Assembly (NCBI GenBank): GCA_004764695.1
Contig: SMSO01000032.1
Coordinates: 4,124,483 to 4,188,482, forward strand
Source of the DNA: Schizochytrium sp. TIO01
Lineage: Eukaryota > Protista > Bigyra: Labyrinthulomycetes
Length of the DNA stretch: 64,000 nt
Direction: 5' to 3'
The notes beneath the pieces are model-generated. The model saw nothing but the letters and a program-made list of their open reading frames with translations. It ran no database searches and was not told the DNA's origin. A program made the position numbers and the translations under genes. Shown here piece by piece: positions 47,939-60,129 of this stretch (its first letter is position 1; each line of letters starts with the position of its first letter).

Positions 47939-48884
47939 TTAGCTTGCCGTGAGGGTGAACCATGCGGCGTTATGTCACATTATAAAATAAAAGAATTTTC
48001 TTATTCGTACATCCTAATTTGATAGTGTTGAATTTTGAAAGAAATATTTGAACGAAATTTCCCCCCAGATCCCGAGTCGTTGTGAAATTGAACAGAATGA
48101 TGTCACATTGTTGACGGAAAGTAGAATTGTTGAGTACGTGTATATGAGAATATTTTTATTTTTTTCAGGCAACACATTTCTTGCAGTCCATAGATTCAAA
48201 ATAACCTGTGTAGCAATGGTCTCAAGTATATATACCCATTATTTGTTTGTGATTACTCGGATAGGTCGGGTTACTATAGTTCTAAACTATATGGTTGGAT
48301 GGAGTACATGGGAGAGATGGCAAGAATCCATCCCCTTCTGTTGAAGTTTTTGCCTTCGTAAAGTATCATATCGGATGCTCAGATAACAACTTTTGCTTGG
48401 TACAATGCATGTTGTATCTCTAGATTTCATCATAAAGAGAGCAATAGCAAGTCCTAATTTTATCACCTCTACATGTATTGAGGTGAAGCTTATTGTGCGT
48501 GTCGACGCACCATCAAGAAAGAATAAATATTGAAGGTGTAGAAGCCAAAGCCAGACCAATCCAAGCAAACAAAGGAAGCAAGCACAAGCAACGAGAACAC
48601 ATGCAGCACACATCATCCTATGTAACACAACCTATCGACCGGAGAGGCACGTGGGGTGAGCAGTCCAAGGTATCCAGTCAATTGCGTCCATACATCCATC
48701 CATTCGATTATAAGCATACAGATACGTGACTAGGCGAGTGCCATCGTTTAGCAAGTAAGCGCTCAAATGAATCAGTGAGTAGCTCAATCAAGGACGACAA
48801 AGTCAGGTGGGAAGTCATCAAGCAAGCAAGCAAACAAGTGAAGAAATCAACATGAAATGTGCCAGGTAATAACTTTGTTTGGAT

Positions 48885-49313
48885 TTAGGCGTTCTTGAGG
48901 TAGTCAAGGAGAAAGTTGAGGGCGGGGGACTCCTCACCGAAGTCGGTGATGACGGCGCAAGAGCAGCCGACGACGCGGGTGGCAGCACCCTCGGCGTCGA
49001 TCTTGCAGAGACCGCACCACTGGCCGAGCTCCTTGCGGTCGGTGACCTTGATGAGGGGCACGTCGTGCTCAGCGCAGAGAGCGACGATGAGCTTCTTGTA
49101 GGCGTCCTCCTCGCAGTTCTCAGCGAGGCAGCAGAGGCGGGCGGCCTTGCTGTCGAGGGCCTTGGCGCACTCGTGGAGTCCGCGGCGGAGACCATCGTTG
49201 TACATGGACTTCTTGAGCACCGCCTGGAGAGCGGTCATCGGGGTAAGGTCCTCAACGGGGACCTCCTCCACGGGGGCGGCCTGCTCGACCTCCATAACCT
49301 CCTCGTCGGCCAT
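48885..49313 (-). CDS. RPS12: 40S ribosomal protein eS12
   Basis: ALQAVLK...[39 protein letters not shown]...VVGCSC, with strong codon bias. Confidence 0.97.
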   Translation of the reverse strand: MADEEVMEVEQAAPVEEVPVEDLTPMTALQAVLKKSMYNDGLRRGLHECAKALDSKAARLCCLAENCEEDAYKKLIVALCAEHDVPLIKVTDRKELGQWCGLCKIDAEGAATRVVGCSCAVITDFGEESPALNFLLDYLKNA

Positions 49314-49531
49314 CTTTCCTAAACTTAGTTCAACACTAAAAACTCAGCAATCTCGCTCTGCGATCCTCCACCAAGGCGGGCACGGCCAAGGTCTCCTCGG
49401 TCGCAAGAATGAATCAGTAATGCTTTATCTATTCCCTATAACTAACTATCTATCACCCATTCTTTCTCTTATCTCATTCATTCTTTCTCTTCTTCCTTTC
49501 ACTGTTATAATATCGCACTAACAATTGTTAC

Positions 49532-49677
49532 TCATTCATTCATTCATTCATTCATTCATTCATTCATTCATTCATTCACTCATTATTCATTCACTATTCA
49601 TTCATTCACTCATTCACTCATTCATTCATTATTCACTCATTCATTAATTCATTCATTCATTCTCTCATTCATTCATT
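49532..49677. repeat. (TCAT)n microsatellite upstream of RPS12
   Basis: Imperfect tandem attc/tcat array; shorter copies at ~5603-5628 and ~25274-25293. Confidence 0.92.
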
Positions 49678-51092
49678 AGTTATTCTCCTCCTTTCTTCTT
49701 TACGCGCGAACCGCTAGCAGTCAGCTACACCTCTATAAGGCTCGGAGCCCATTGGCCACTCATTCAGGGAGGAGTTCCCCGCGTTACCGCACACGCCGCC
49801 TTGGCCCGTCGTTCTTTTGTGGCCATATTCGCAGCGAGTCGTTCTGATTCTGGACGTTCTATTTCAGCAGGCGGGGATGTCCAGTGTACACCCCAGTGCT
49901 AGCAAGGCCAATCGAAGTGATACTGCAGAACAAAGAGACTACTTAGACCTATAATTAGGTCTCTATACCGCGCTAAGGGATAAGGTTTTAGGTAGATAGG
50001 GGCATATATTAGATATTCAAAGAGGGGGCACTTGATAAGAGTTCGTAATGTGGAAGATGTAGAACGTGGGGTTTCAAAACTTGGGCGCAAGAGAGCGCCG
50101 TAAAATATCTCAGGCAGGGGACAGAAGGAGGGTGTACATTCGCTGCTATAAGTAGCGATACTTATTTTATATGATTAGACCTAGAGGAAACCTTAGGGAC
50201 TCAGAAGGGCTGTCTATCATCTCGAAGAATCTGGAGATGATAATAAGTCTGAGATTTGTGTAGAAGGTAACCTAGCTAGGTACTTCTTACCTATTTACTT
50301 CGTAAGGTTATCATCGTAGTTAGTGGGTAGAGCTTTTATTTGTCGAAGTTGTGCTGATGCTGTCAGGAGAAGTTTATTTAATTAAAATTAAAGTTATGAT
50401 GGTGTTCTCGCCATTTTGAAGCTGCTCGAATACCTGATAAAACCTCGAATCAAAACAACCCCAATGGGGATATTAGGTTTTTAAGTTTAGGTTTGCTACA
50501 AAGAATTGGATTTACTACGATGCTTACTTAAACCCAGCACGTCTGTGGTGTAGATAGATGGGTATACTCCCTGCTAATAGATCTAGCGTTCCTTGTTCGA
50601 AGGGAAGATATGTGTTTTGACCCTTCGGGATGGAAGGCAGGGTACCTAGAACATCCCGTCATGACAGGGGAGCACCAAATATTGCGAAGTGCTTCAGAGG
50701 GGTGGTGCGTCAACTGGTAAGGAGATATTAATCACATCGTTTTAAAACTATTCATGGGAACACCTTGGTCGCATCAAATTCATGAGTATTCATTTGCAAG
50801 GAGTTGCATTTCTTTTTTGCCAAATCGCCGCTCAAAGGTAGCAAGTTGTAATCTTTTAGTCTGGAAGCCAAAACAAGTAGTCATGACCGATTTTATCTGT
50901 AATTTTAGTGGAGACCATCAACAAATGTGAAACAATATGATTTCGAGATTACATCAGGGACATGTTTTCCTCTCATGCGGTTCAATTATCAAACAAACCA
51001 ATATGTTCTTTCGTTTGACGATGTTCTACAAAAGATCCGGTGTTACAAATTGATATATAGGCCTGTACCATGCTGACAGGATTCTGTAATTT

Positions 51093-54000
51093 TTACCGGC
51101 GACGTGGTGGGATACTGCGACGAAGAAAGCGAGCACTTCGACGAAGAGATTCATAGCGAATAATAAACATTTCCACGCGACGTAACAGTCGTCGAGCTGC
51201 TGCCTCAGTCTTGTCGTTGACCTCAGCTGACCGTAAAGACCTCAATTCTGTTTTGTACAAATTCACCATGTTCGTGTTAGTTATAACAATTGTTAACGAT
51301 AGTATCCCCATTGCCCTATTCTCAATAACTTACCTCTATGAAGGTGGCCCTGTTGACTACGAAGATCATGAAGTTCCGCGTCAGAAAGCTCTTGTGCAGG
51401 TGTTGAAAGCACTGAGTCACAGTCTCTCATTTTACTTTGAATGCTACGAATTGTCATAGCTTGCTGACGAATTCGGTCGCGGAGTGCTTGTTCTGCTTCC
51501 TCAGACCGGCCAATTCGAGCTGCCACTGGAGTACTACTCTGTACCGTCTCGGTCTCCATACGCGCCTGTTGAAGAGCGGAGGTTCTCTCGCGGTGTGTTG
51601 CCTTCATGGATTCAAGCTCATTTGTAATTTTGTCCATGGCTTCTTTCAACTGGTCTTCTGATACTCCACGCAATAAATCTGTATCAGAAGAATTGCTCAG
51701 ATAACCCAACTTCTGTAGCCACGTTGCTGCCACGCGAGTACGCATGGCAGTCTCCTCCTTGGTTTCCTGAATGATTTCAGTGCGATAATCAACTTCGTCA
51801 GCCCGCTGACCAAGATCTTTGTGCTCCCTGCGAAGAAGTTGTAAATCTTCTCGAATGCGTTCTAGCTTTTTAACATTTTCGAGGTGTCGAAGGTAGGCGT
51901 GATCTTGGTCCATCAAATGCTGACTATTGTTAGAGACTGCCTCTGCTGGCTGATCTTCTTGTTCATCAGTGCTGTCGTTGTGGGCATGTTCAACGTTATC
52001 CATACTCACGTTGTTCGAATAGTTGTCATCGTCATCGACGTCGACTTCTCGAATGGCTTCGTCCTCAGCAGGGACAAGTGGAGAAACCTTTGGGGGTTTG
52101 GGGACACTTTTCGGTGTTGCAGAAGTCTTCGCATCCAAAATCGGAGATTTAGCCAATATATCATCGCTTGCAAAGGACATCGGGCTGTGGACGTCATTAT
52201 GAGCAATTGGAGTCAGAACTGATAACGACATTGATCCATGCCTAAAGCGAGGGGTAGGAGCATGGGGCATTCTCCCATCGAAAGAGTCTGAGAAAGGTGC
52301 CATATCCGAGAGTAAACTCGCATGCACATCTGAGAACGAAACTCCATCGTTCTGCATGTTCGGAGAGCTGTAAAATGCATTTTCCTTTGGTGCTTTAGAA
52401 GCGGGAACAAATGTTCCTCTTTGTTTAGTTGTATCAGAGTGTGGCTGAGGGCTTTCTCCTGATTTCTCCTTTTTTGAATCGGGGTTCTTCGAACTCTGAG
52501 AACCTCCACTTCGTTCAGGAGGTAGGGTTGAATGTGCTTGAGGAACTTCTTGCTTCTGCGGGGAAGGATCTTGCAGTGTTTGGCGTTGAAGATTAACTTC
52601 ATTGTGAGGTACCGTGACATTAATATTGGCTTGGACTCCTTTTTTCAATTGATTGAGAAAGTCCGCTTTACTCTCCTGGTCAAGTGGGGTCCTAGCGAGA
52701 CCCTTTCCTGTTGGGATAAGGTTGCGGGAACGCTTTTCAACCGATGCGGATATACTCGGTAAAACGGAAGAATCATTACACAAAGCTTGTGGTGCTTGAT
52801 TAGTTGTGATGATATCGAATGCGGCTTGTGTTTCGTGCAAAGGAGTCCTAGACAGGCCATTTCCAGTCGGGATCATGTTTTTGGGGAGGGCTGGAGCATT
52901 TTCCTCGCTTTTTTCCAAGTTTGCCGTTACAAGAAGATTGTTTGTGTTCGTGGCCTCCGTAACCGGTGTGCGACTCAGGCCATTACCTGAGGGGATAACG
53001 TTTCGGGCATGCCGCACTTCATTCGCCAAAACTTGGTTCACCTCATTTTGATTATGACGCATTGATCCCATTGTAGTAGTAACAGCAGCAGCGGCAGCAG
53101 TGCCCTCCTCTAAAATTGGCGTCCGCGCAAGGCCATTCCCTGTCGGGATAACATTTTTCCTTGGCAGCTGTTGAGCGCTAGTATCAAAAGCACCAGCTGA
53201 TTCGAGTTCATTGTTGGTGTGAAAGAATGCTTTCGACTTAGGAGACTCATTAGCTGGAGTTCTGGCAAGACCGTTTCCACTAGGAATCATGTTTTTCTTT
53301 GGTTCGAGTATGCCTGATGCTTCCGTAATAGCTTCGCCAGAGTCGATGGTCTCCGCAAGCTTTTGTACCCTTCCTGCAATATGCATATCCGTCAATGGGG
53401 TCCGGGTTAAGCCGCGTCCAGTTGGAACGACATTTTTCTTTCTGGTGATCTCTGCAGTGATTTCCTTTTGAGAAGCTTTTGTTGAATTGAGCTTTCCCTC
53501 TTGGTCATTTAGAGGTGTTCGAGCTAGACCCTTTCCAGTTGGTATGATATTTTTGGTAGCTTTAGGTGCTCTGTCGATGTTCTGATTACCCGAATCCATA
53601 GTTACAGGTATAGAGGGGATTGCAGGAGCGGCAGCCTCTATCCGTGTGGGAATGTTCAGCGGTGTCCTTGCTAATCCATTACCACTAGGAATTAAGTTCT
53701 TTTGAGAAGGTGCAACACTTATCACTTCTTGCGATTGGGAAGGCACGTGAGAACTTGGCAAATCAGTCAACTCTTTTGAAATTGGCGTTCGCGCAAGCCC
53801 ACCTCCACTTGGGATGGCGTTGCGATCTGCACGGATAGTTTTAATTTGTGCAATAGGATCGTGGTTTACTTTCGTCGAGTTTGTATTATCATGCATTGGA
53901 ATTTGTGCCAGAGGAATTCCGGTTGGGATCGTATTCTTGGTTTGTTTCTCGATTGTCTTCTCTTCTGCTAGAGTGCGGAGGGGCGCCTCGATTGGAGTGC

Positions 54001-54934
54001 GTGCTAGACCAGCTCCAGAGGGAATCACATTACGCAAACTAACAGGTTCTTTTGTTGCAACAGAAGTTTTAACAGTATTTTGCTGATTGCTAGATCCATT
54101 AGTCTGCATTTGAATCTGGGTAATTGGAGTCCGTGCTAAGCCACCTCCTGAAGGAATAGTATTCTTAGATGCCAAAGGTTGACGCTGTTGCTGTGGTTGT
54201 TTATTCTGATTTAGAAACAGTTCTTGAGCCGGCAATGTTACAGGTGTGCGAGCAAGACCATTTCCAGCAGGAATTAGGTTCTTGCGAGAAGTAATTGGAT
54301 TATCTGAAGATATCACTTGATTCTCCTTCTGAGACTGTGCTTCCGGGATCGAAAACCCTCGCTCGACTTGACCAACAGGTGTGCGAGCCAAGCCTCGTCC
54401 TGCGGGAATTATGTTACGCAAAGGCTCGCTGCTTTGTGTAGCTTGTCCTTGGTCACCAGTAGTTGCGAGAGGCCCATCGGTGCTAGTTACCCCAACAGGA
54501 GTCTGAGCAGGCACACGACCTACAGGATGGATGTTGCTTTGATTTCCACCTGGATGAATGAATACCTGTGAAGTGATTCCGGTTGTAGCTAAATTACGAG
54601 TATTGCTCTGATGAGCTGCCGTTTGCGCAGGTCTTTGGCGTTTTAGATTTGTCTGGGCAAAGGGATGACTTTCTTGAGTCCTTTTATGAGTCTGTTGCTG
54701 GTTTTGCAAGCTCTGCTGTTGCTGATTCACTCCAATATTTTGCAGTGGCTTGCGACCAGGGAGAACGATTTCAGAAAAATCTTCCCAGTTCGTCGAAGAT
54801 TTACTCGGTTTCAAAGCTTGGACTTTGCGGTCATGTTGCTGACGTTCGTGTCTATTTTCCCTATCGACGTCCCGAGGATTTTCCACAGTAGGAGGCGTAC
54901 GCGCAAGTTGGCGTCCCACCGGAATTGCGTTCAT
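51093..54934 (-). CDS. Orphan protein with 16 [KR]NxIPxGxGLARTP repeats and C-terminal coiled coil (exons 54934-51334, 51247-51093)
   Basis: Long ORF. Intron GTAAGT (51333)...CTAAC...ACAG (51248) replaces the tail with HLHR|ELRSLRSAEVND...IPPRRR*. Confidence 0.85.
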
Positions 54935-55120
54935 TGCAAGGCGTCAGACCTGTTTCCGAATTTATACAGGGCCAGCCTTTTGTCAAAGAGCCAGAGGCGG
55001 CAAAATATGGACCTTGCAGTCCTTCAGAGAGATGCTGGACCCAATAGAGCCCTTGTTGTATCGTATCGCCAATGCGAAGTTTGATGGAATTCTATGCTCG
55101 CTTCTGGCTTTGGTCGTTTT

Positions 55121-55184
55121 TTGCGCAACGCAATTTACTTTCTAATTGCGCAACCCATTTTTCTTCCAATTGCGCAACCCATTT
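55121..55184. promoter_or_regulatory. Three phased TTGCGCAA palindromes in a divergent promoter
   Basis: TTGCGCAA at 55121, 55146 and 55170; the last two lie in a 17-bp direct repeat AATTGCGCAACCCATTT, between the repeat-protein gene and TRM112. Confidence 0.4.
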
Positions 55185-55478
55185 CCAAGACATGTTATGG
55201 GAACGCGGGTAACCATTTGAATCGCTGGACATGATCGTCGCGGGCACTATGATGGTGCAGTTCTCTGACTGTATTCGTGCCTCATTGGTGTTTGCGTAGT
55301 GCACATCGAGCCCGACCACAGTTCCAGATCGTGGACCGCTGTCTTTACTAGGGGAGTATTCTTTGTGCGCCGCGTTTATCTGTGTAGAGAGTGTGGATTG
55401 AGCCCCGGCCAGCCACCCAAGGTTTTCACCAAAGTATCGCTTCGTAGAAAACAGAAGCTTCAGAAAAGCCCAAGAATC

Positions 55479-55847
55479 ATGAAGCTCCTCACGCACAACC
55501 TTCTTAAGTGCAACGTCAAGGGCGTCAAGACAGGCTACCCTCTTAAGATTGAGGTTACATCGAAGGAGGTCCGCGAGACCGAGATGAACCCAACCTTTCT
55601 TCAGAACATTGTGAACAAGCTTGACTGGGCTGCTTTCCGCGCTGCCGCTGCCCAGCTTGGTGAAGATGGGTTTCCGGAGGCCGTGACCCCTGAGCTCCTC
55701 GAGCAGGACGAGTTCTTGGAGAAGTTCCACCGTGCTTTGTTGGAGACCGTTGTTGTGGAGGGCGCCCTCATTTGCCCCGAGTCTGGTCGCAGGTTCCCCA
55801 TCACGAACGCGATCCCGAACATGATTCTCAATGAGGATGAGGTCTAA
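55479..55847 (+). CDS. TRM112: Methyltransferase activator Trm112
   Basis: MKLLTHNLLKCNVKGV..GYPL, FHRALLE..VVEGALICPESGRRFPITNAIPNMIL. The real ATG is at 55479. Confidence 0.96.
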   Translation: MKLLTHNLLKCNVKGVKTGYPLKIEVTSKEVRETEMNPTFLQNIVNKLDWAAFRAAAAQLGEDGFPEAVTPELLEQDEFLEKFHRALLETVVVEGALICPESGRRFPITNAIPNMILNEDEV

Positions 55848-56576
55848 GGTGCCCTTCATTGGTACTCTAGACTTATTCAGTGGAACTCGTAGTGCGATAT
55901 TCCTTTGCGCAAACTTGTTTTGGTCCTAGCTTGCATGCAGGAAGGAAGGAGAAGGAGGTTCTTTCTAGCTTCCACGCGCATTTTACCTAGAGGGCTTGTC
56001 GCATGGCTTTTCTTATCTCGTGAGCTATTCAACGAATGCTTTGGTACAGCTAAATTCATGGTAGTTTCTACCTGTTGTCCAATTTCATTTGTTTCCTCCT
56101 TTGATCACTGGCTCGCTCGCCTATCCAGACTCACTCTTTAACTGGAGGCGCAAACTTTCCCACGTTGCAATATTATAACACACAAAGCTTTCGATTTGTA
56201 CACAAATCTGAAGAAAGATAGAAAGAAAAAAATCCTACTCACCAGTAGTAATTCATTCAAACTTCGTTTCAATCTCTTGATTTTACATATCAAACTCAAA
56301 CATGTTTCCCCTTGCAAATTTCGCGAGGCTATTGGTCTCTTGCGGTCTAGTTTAGTTATTTATAATCATGTGTCTGAACTGACCTGAATACTAAGCTGAC
56401 CCAGAAATGTTGATTTCGGTCGCGGTCTTCAAGTGTTTCGAAATTGAAATGCTCTTTTCACAAAATGTGGACGGTTTTGTGGACGGAGTTACTCCAATTA
56501 TTTGAAAAACATGTTGTCAGAATATCCTGGAAGGCGGATGAAGGATTGTGTTCTCAAGGATAGATAGCAACATTTT

Positions 56577-56604
56577 TCTTCTTCTTCTTCTTCTTCTTCT
56601 TCTT
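56577..56604. repeat. (CTT)n microsatellite
   Basis: Tandem tct/ctt run seen directly. Confidence 0.85.
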
Positions 56605-57218
56605 TCATGGAGAAGACAATTGAAGAGTGTTTGACAAACATTTGGACCAGTGAATACCCTCGTGAAGGTTCGACAATTTCATCGCCTTGAGGATATATGG
56701 CGCTTTGAAAACCAAAAGTATAAAGAAGAGGAAAATCGCATGACAACAGTGAGTGAATCACGAATGTCACACCACGCACACTTACAAAGAACAATAAAAA
56801 GAAGAAACAACACAAAGGCGTAGGTAAAATGCCATTAGTAACACAATAAGAAGAAATTAGTTACGGATATTGATTTCATTCGTTTGTTGTACCTAAATGC
56901 TCAAAAGATTTGTAATGCTTTGTTTATATAACCAGGCAAAAAAAGACAATCGAGATGTCCTTTTTCCTTTTGTGTTATAAGAAGAAGAAAAAGAATGTAA
57001 AATGTGCATAGGAGCGTGAATTACGGTTCGGTATGTGTGTGGTGTGTTGATTGATATTGAAAGCCAGGTGTTTGCAGCACGTCGAATCCAGTGGCTTTGC
57101 CGAAGGAATTGGGGGAACGGGGCAAAGGAGAGTGTGACAATACAAGTTGGGTCCCCTCATACAGGAGGCCCAATGTGCTGCTGCCAATATGTGTACATAG
57201 AAAAAGATTTCTCTCTAT

Positions 57219-60017
57219 CTATGATGGGAAACTTTCTCTTTGTAGGAGTAAATAGAAAATTCTGCAGGGGGAGAAAAGGTTAGCGATACTTGAATTGACG
57301 CCTGCAAGATAGTCCTGGCCAAATCGCTCTTGGCAAAAACGGTGCCATGGCTGTTCTCGCTCTGCTCGAAAGTGATGAGGGATATCCATGAGAAGATGAC
57401 CTGGTGCACGGCGAGCGAGCTCCATCATGGTGCCAGCAGGCCATTGTCGCATATCGACATTTGTCATATCGACGGCTTCAATAAAGTAGCTCATGACTAT
57501 TTCCACAATGTATTCGGGAAGATCATCGAGATCGACTTTGTAAGTTACAAATGCCCGTAGAGAGAGGGTAAAAAGAGAAGGAAAAACCCCTTTGCGATCT
57601 GCACGAGCAGATGCTGCGCCCATGTCGTGTATGTCTTCCACTTCTGTGCCTAGATCGTCCTCATCATTATCATCTTGTGTGGAATGCGTTTCGAGCATAT
57701 TGCCATCTTGGCTCTGGCGTCCAGATTCCCTGTCCCAGTCGCGGGCAAGTTGGGTAGCTCTTTCAGCATCAAATTCTAATAGGTGATTCACCTCTACAAG
57801 ATCAGTCAATTCTTCGACACTCATAGACTTGAAGTCTTGCAAGAGGTCATCAATTGTTGTCGTTGAGGTCTCAACCAAGGTGGTGGATCGCCGAGACCGA
57901 AGCATTTGATCCACTAGCTCATTTGCGTGGTCTTTGTATGTTTTAGTACTCATTGCTGATGCAAGAGTGGTGACAGCCATAGCCCCTTGATGTTGTGTTG
58001 AGGCTGAAGCTGCGGTGGCCCCTTCTGAGCCACCTATTGAAGCATCATCTGAAGCGTTTGCATACTGCAAATCATGGTCCTTTTGGGGATCGTGCCCGTG
58101 AGCTATAGCATTTGGATCTCGCATATTTACAGAAGCGAAATGCGAAGGGGATACGCTACGACTATTAGTTATGTTTCCGCTGCCAGAAGGTGACCGCTGA
58201 CTTGAGTATTGCTGCTCTCCAATGCTGTTGAAACCTGGTACAAACGGCAGTGATGATGACGATAGAGAGGATTGCTGCATGGGAAACTGTATAGGATACT
58301 GCACAGGCCCTCCCTGAGTATTGGAATTGTGGAGCTGGTACTGGTTCATGTGCGATTGAAAACCATCAGTAGCAGTACTGGTCTCACCACAAGAAAGCTG
58401 GGCTACTCTAGGATGAAGACGTACGTCGACGCCTCCTAGGTCGTTTGGGCGAGTCTCTTGAGGCGATTGTTGCTGTTGCTGTTGTTGTTGTTGCTGCTGG
58501 TGAGAGTGATAATGTTGTTTGGTATCCTGGTCAATATGCAAGGATGACATTGATGTTGACAAAATTGATCGAGTCGAGGCCTCCATGCCCTTGAGCTCTA
58601 TATCGCTTTCGTCATCGTTGAGTTCGTCTGAGTGGTATGGCTGTTGCTCTTGCTGATAATGATGGTGTCGGTGATCAAAGGTGGATGCATCACTGCTGCT
58701 TTGCCCTCTATAGTACTCACTTTGCTGGGGGTTGTTCTGGCCAGCATGTGCACTCGGAGTGCTACTGTATGAGTCAAGTGCATACAGGCGATGTTGATCT
58801 GTTGGGTACCGCAACGAGGAGGCCGATGTTGGAGACCTCGATCTCCTCCTATTAATCCCTGCAGCTCTTTGTTCATCTGTTGTGCGGGTGAGTGATGTCA
58901 AAGCAGTTGTCGGTACTCCAGTCGCGCGCGCAGGCGACATCACTGGCATAGGCGACGTCGCTCTCGCATTGGTCGCCTTCGATGCTGGTGATGCCTCTGG
59001 TGTTGTTGGTGATGATAGAGATGCTGATGCCGTCGGCACAGTGGGTGTCATAACCGGCGGTAGCTCTGGCGCTGACCTGGAGCGTGCCTTATCCTCTGTA
59101 CCCTCTCTGGCGCGCTGGCCGTGCCAATTCCTTCCATCAATGTTGTCATTATCCTCGTTGTAAACACGAGCAGGGGCAACTGGTGGCGGTCTCCGTCGAT
59201 CTGTCTCGTTTCCTTCAATTGCATACATGTTCGCGCCATGATAGAATCCTTGATTAATCGTGCTCCCATTCAGTGCAACTAACATATAGTAAAAGAACTG
59301 ACATGGTGGGAACACCGAGGCCATGCTCGCACATGGTAATTCTTCCCACCCTTTGAACCTCACTCCGCAGAAGTCCAGCCACGGCAGTTCTTGTGCCGCT
59401 CTGTGTTCGCGTTTAATTTGTAGCAGGATCTGATAGCTCGCTTTACACGCCATCGCCCTCCCAAAAAAGGGAGGAAATCTTGCCAAGTCTACCGCCAGGA
59501 ACACCTCCACGTCTCCTAGGTCCTCCGCACCATTCCACTTCGGCGTATCCATATTCATATCCGCATTAGTTTCAGATCTCACAGCTGCGCTGTCCCCTTG
59601 CCTGCTCTCGTCACCGCTCTCGGCAGTTCTGGAAGCGCCATAGGGGTTTCGCTCCAAGTGTCTACACATAAATCTTTCCACTGCAGATTGCCCGCGTGCT
59701 GCTGCGACCGCACCTTGGATTGTAATCTCCATGCCACGCTCCGAGTTGAGTTCCTCTGCGCTTGCCTCCTGTTGGCGGTATGCTACGAAAGCCCGGAGGC
59801 GTTCCAGGAAGGCTTCTCGCCTCTTCTGAGCCTGGTTCGCTGCTGCCGTTCTCGACGTGGCCTGGTTTTCTTCGCGCTGTTCATTGTTTCCACTGTTGTT
59901 TCCGTCGTTGCCGACGCCACCACGGCCGTCATGCTCGCCATGCCCGTCATGCTCGCCTCCTCGGCCGCTGTCGTGGCCCGGGACCCAGGGTCCGCCGCCG
60001 CTGGCGGGCCGGTCCAT
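57219..60017 (-). CDS. 932-aa mostly disordered protein with possible GID4-like segment and Elongin-A-like C-terminus
   Basis: Long intact ORF that is S/Q/T-rich, with two ordered islands at ~59230-59550 and ~57320-57590. Confidence 0.7.
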   Translation of the reverse strand: MDRPASGGGPWVPGHDSGRGGEHDGHGEHDGRGGVGNDGNNSGNNEQREENQATSRTAAANQAQKRREAFLERLRAFVAYRQQEASAEELNSERGMEITIQGAVAAARGQSAVERFMCRHLERNPYGASRTAESGDESRQGDSAAVRSETNADMNMDTPKWNGAEDLGDVEVFLAVDLARFPPFFGRAMACKASYQILLQIKREHRAAQELPWLDFCGVRFKGWEELPCASMASVFPPCQFFYYMLVALNGSTINQGFYHGANMYAIEGNETDRRRPPPVAPARVYNEDNDNIDGRNWHGQRAREGTEDKARSRSAPELPPVMTPTVPTASASLSSPTTPEASPASKATNARATSPMPVMSPARATGVPTTALTSLTRTTDEQRAAGINRRRSRSPTSASSLRYPTDQHRLYALDSYSSTPSAHAGQNNPQQSEYYRGQSSSDASTFDHRHHHYQQEQQPYHSDELNDDESDIELKGMEASTRSILSTSMSSLHIDQDTKQHYHSHQQQQQQQQQQQSPQETRPNDLGGVDVRLHPRVAQLSCGETSTATDGFQSHMNQYQLHNSNTQGGPVQYPIQFPMQQSSLSSSSLPFVPGFNSIGEQQYSSQRSPSGSGNITNSRSVSPSHFASVNMRDPNAIAHGHDPQKDHDLQYANASDDASIGGSEGATAASASTQHQGAMAVTTLASAMSTKTYKDHANELVDQMLRSRRSTTLVETSTTTIDDLLQDFKSMSVEELTDLVEVNHLLEFDAERATQLARDWDRESGRQSQDGNMLETHSTQDDNDEDDLGTEVEDIHDMGAASARADRKGVFPSLFTLSLRAFVTYKVDLDDLPEYIVEIVMSYFIEAVDMTNVDMRQWPAGTMMELARRAPGHLLMDIPHHFRAEREQPWHRFCQERFGQDYLAGVNSSIANLFSPCRIFYLLLQRESFPS

Positions 60018-60129
60018 GCTGCTGCGAAGGCGCCGGCGGGCGGCCAGCCAGCACCGCAGAGCCGCCGGCCGAGCGGACTTGCAGCCGCTCCTGCCGCAAG
60101 CTCGTCTCGCGCGCCGCGTTTCTCGCTTT

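Noticed and set aside
52685-54934. Regularly spaced repeats with unique spacers (CRISPR-like layout)
   Set aside because: The repeats are conserved as amino acids with synonymous variation inside one ORF, so they are not a DNA repeat array.
57262-57289. 28-nt GT...CTAAC...CAG mini-intron candidate at the end of the 932-aa ORF
   Set aside because: It is far shorter than the other introns here, and the ORF is already open through it.
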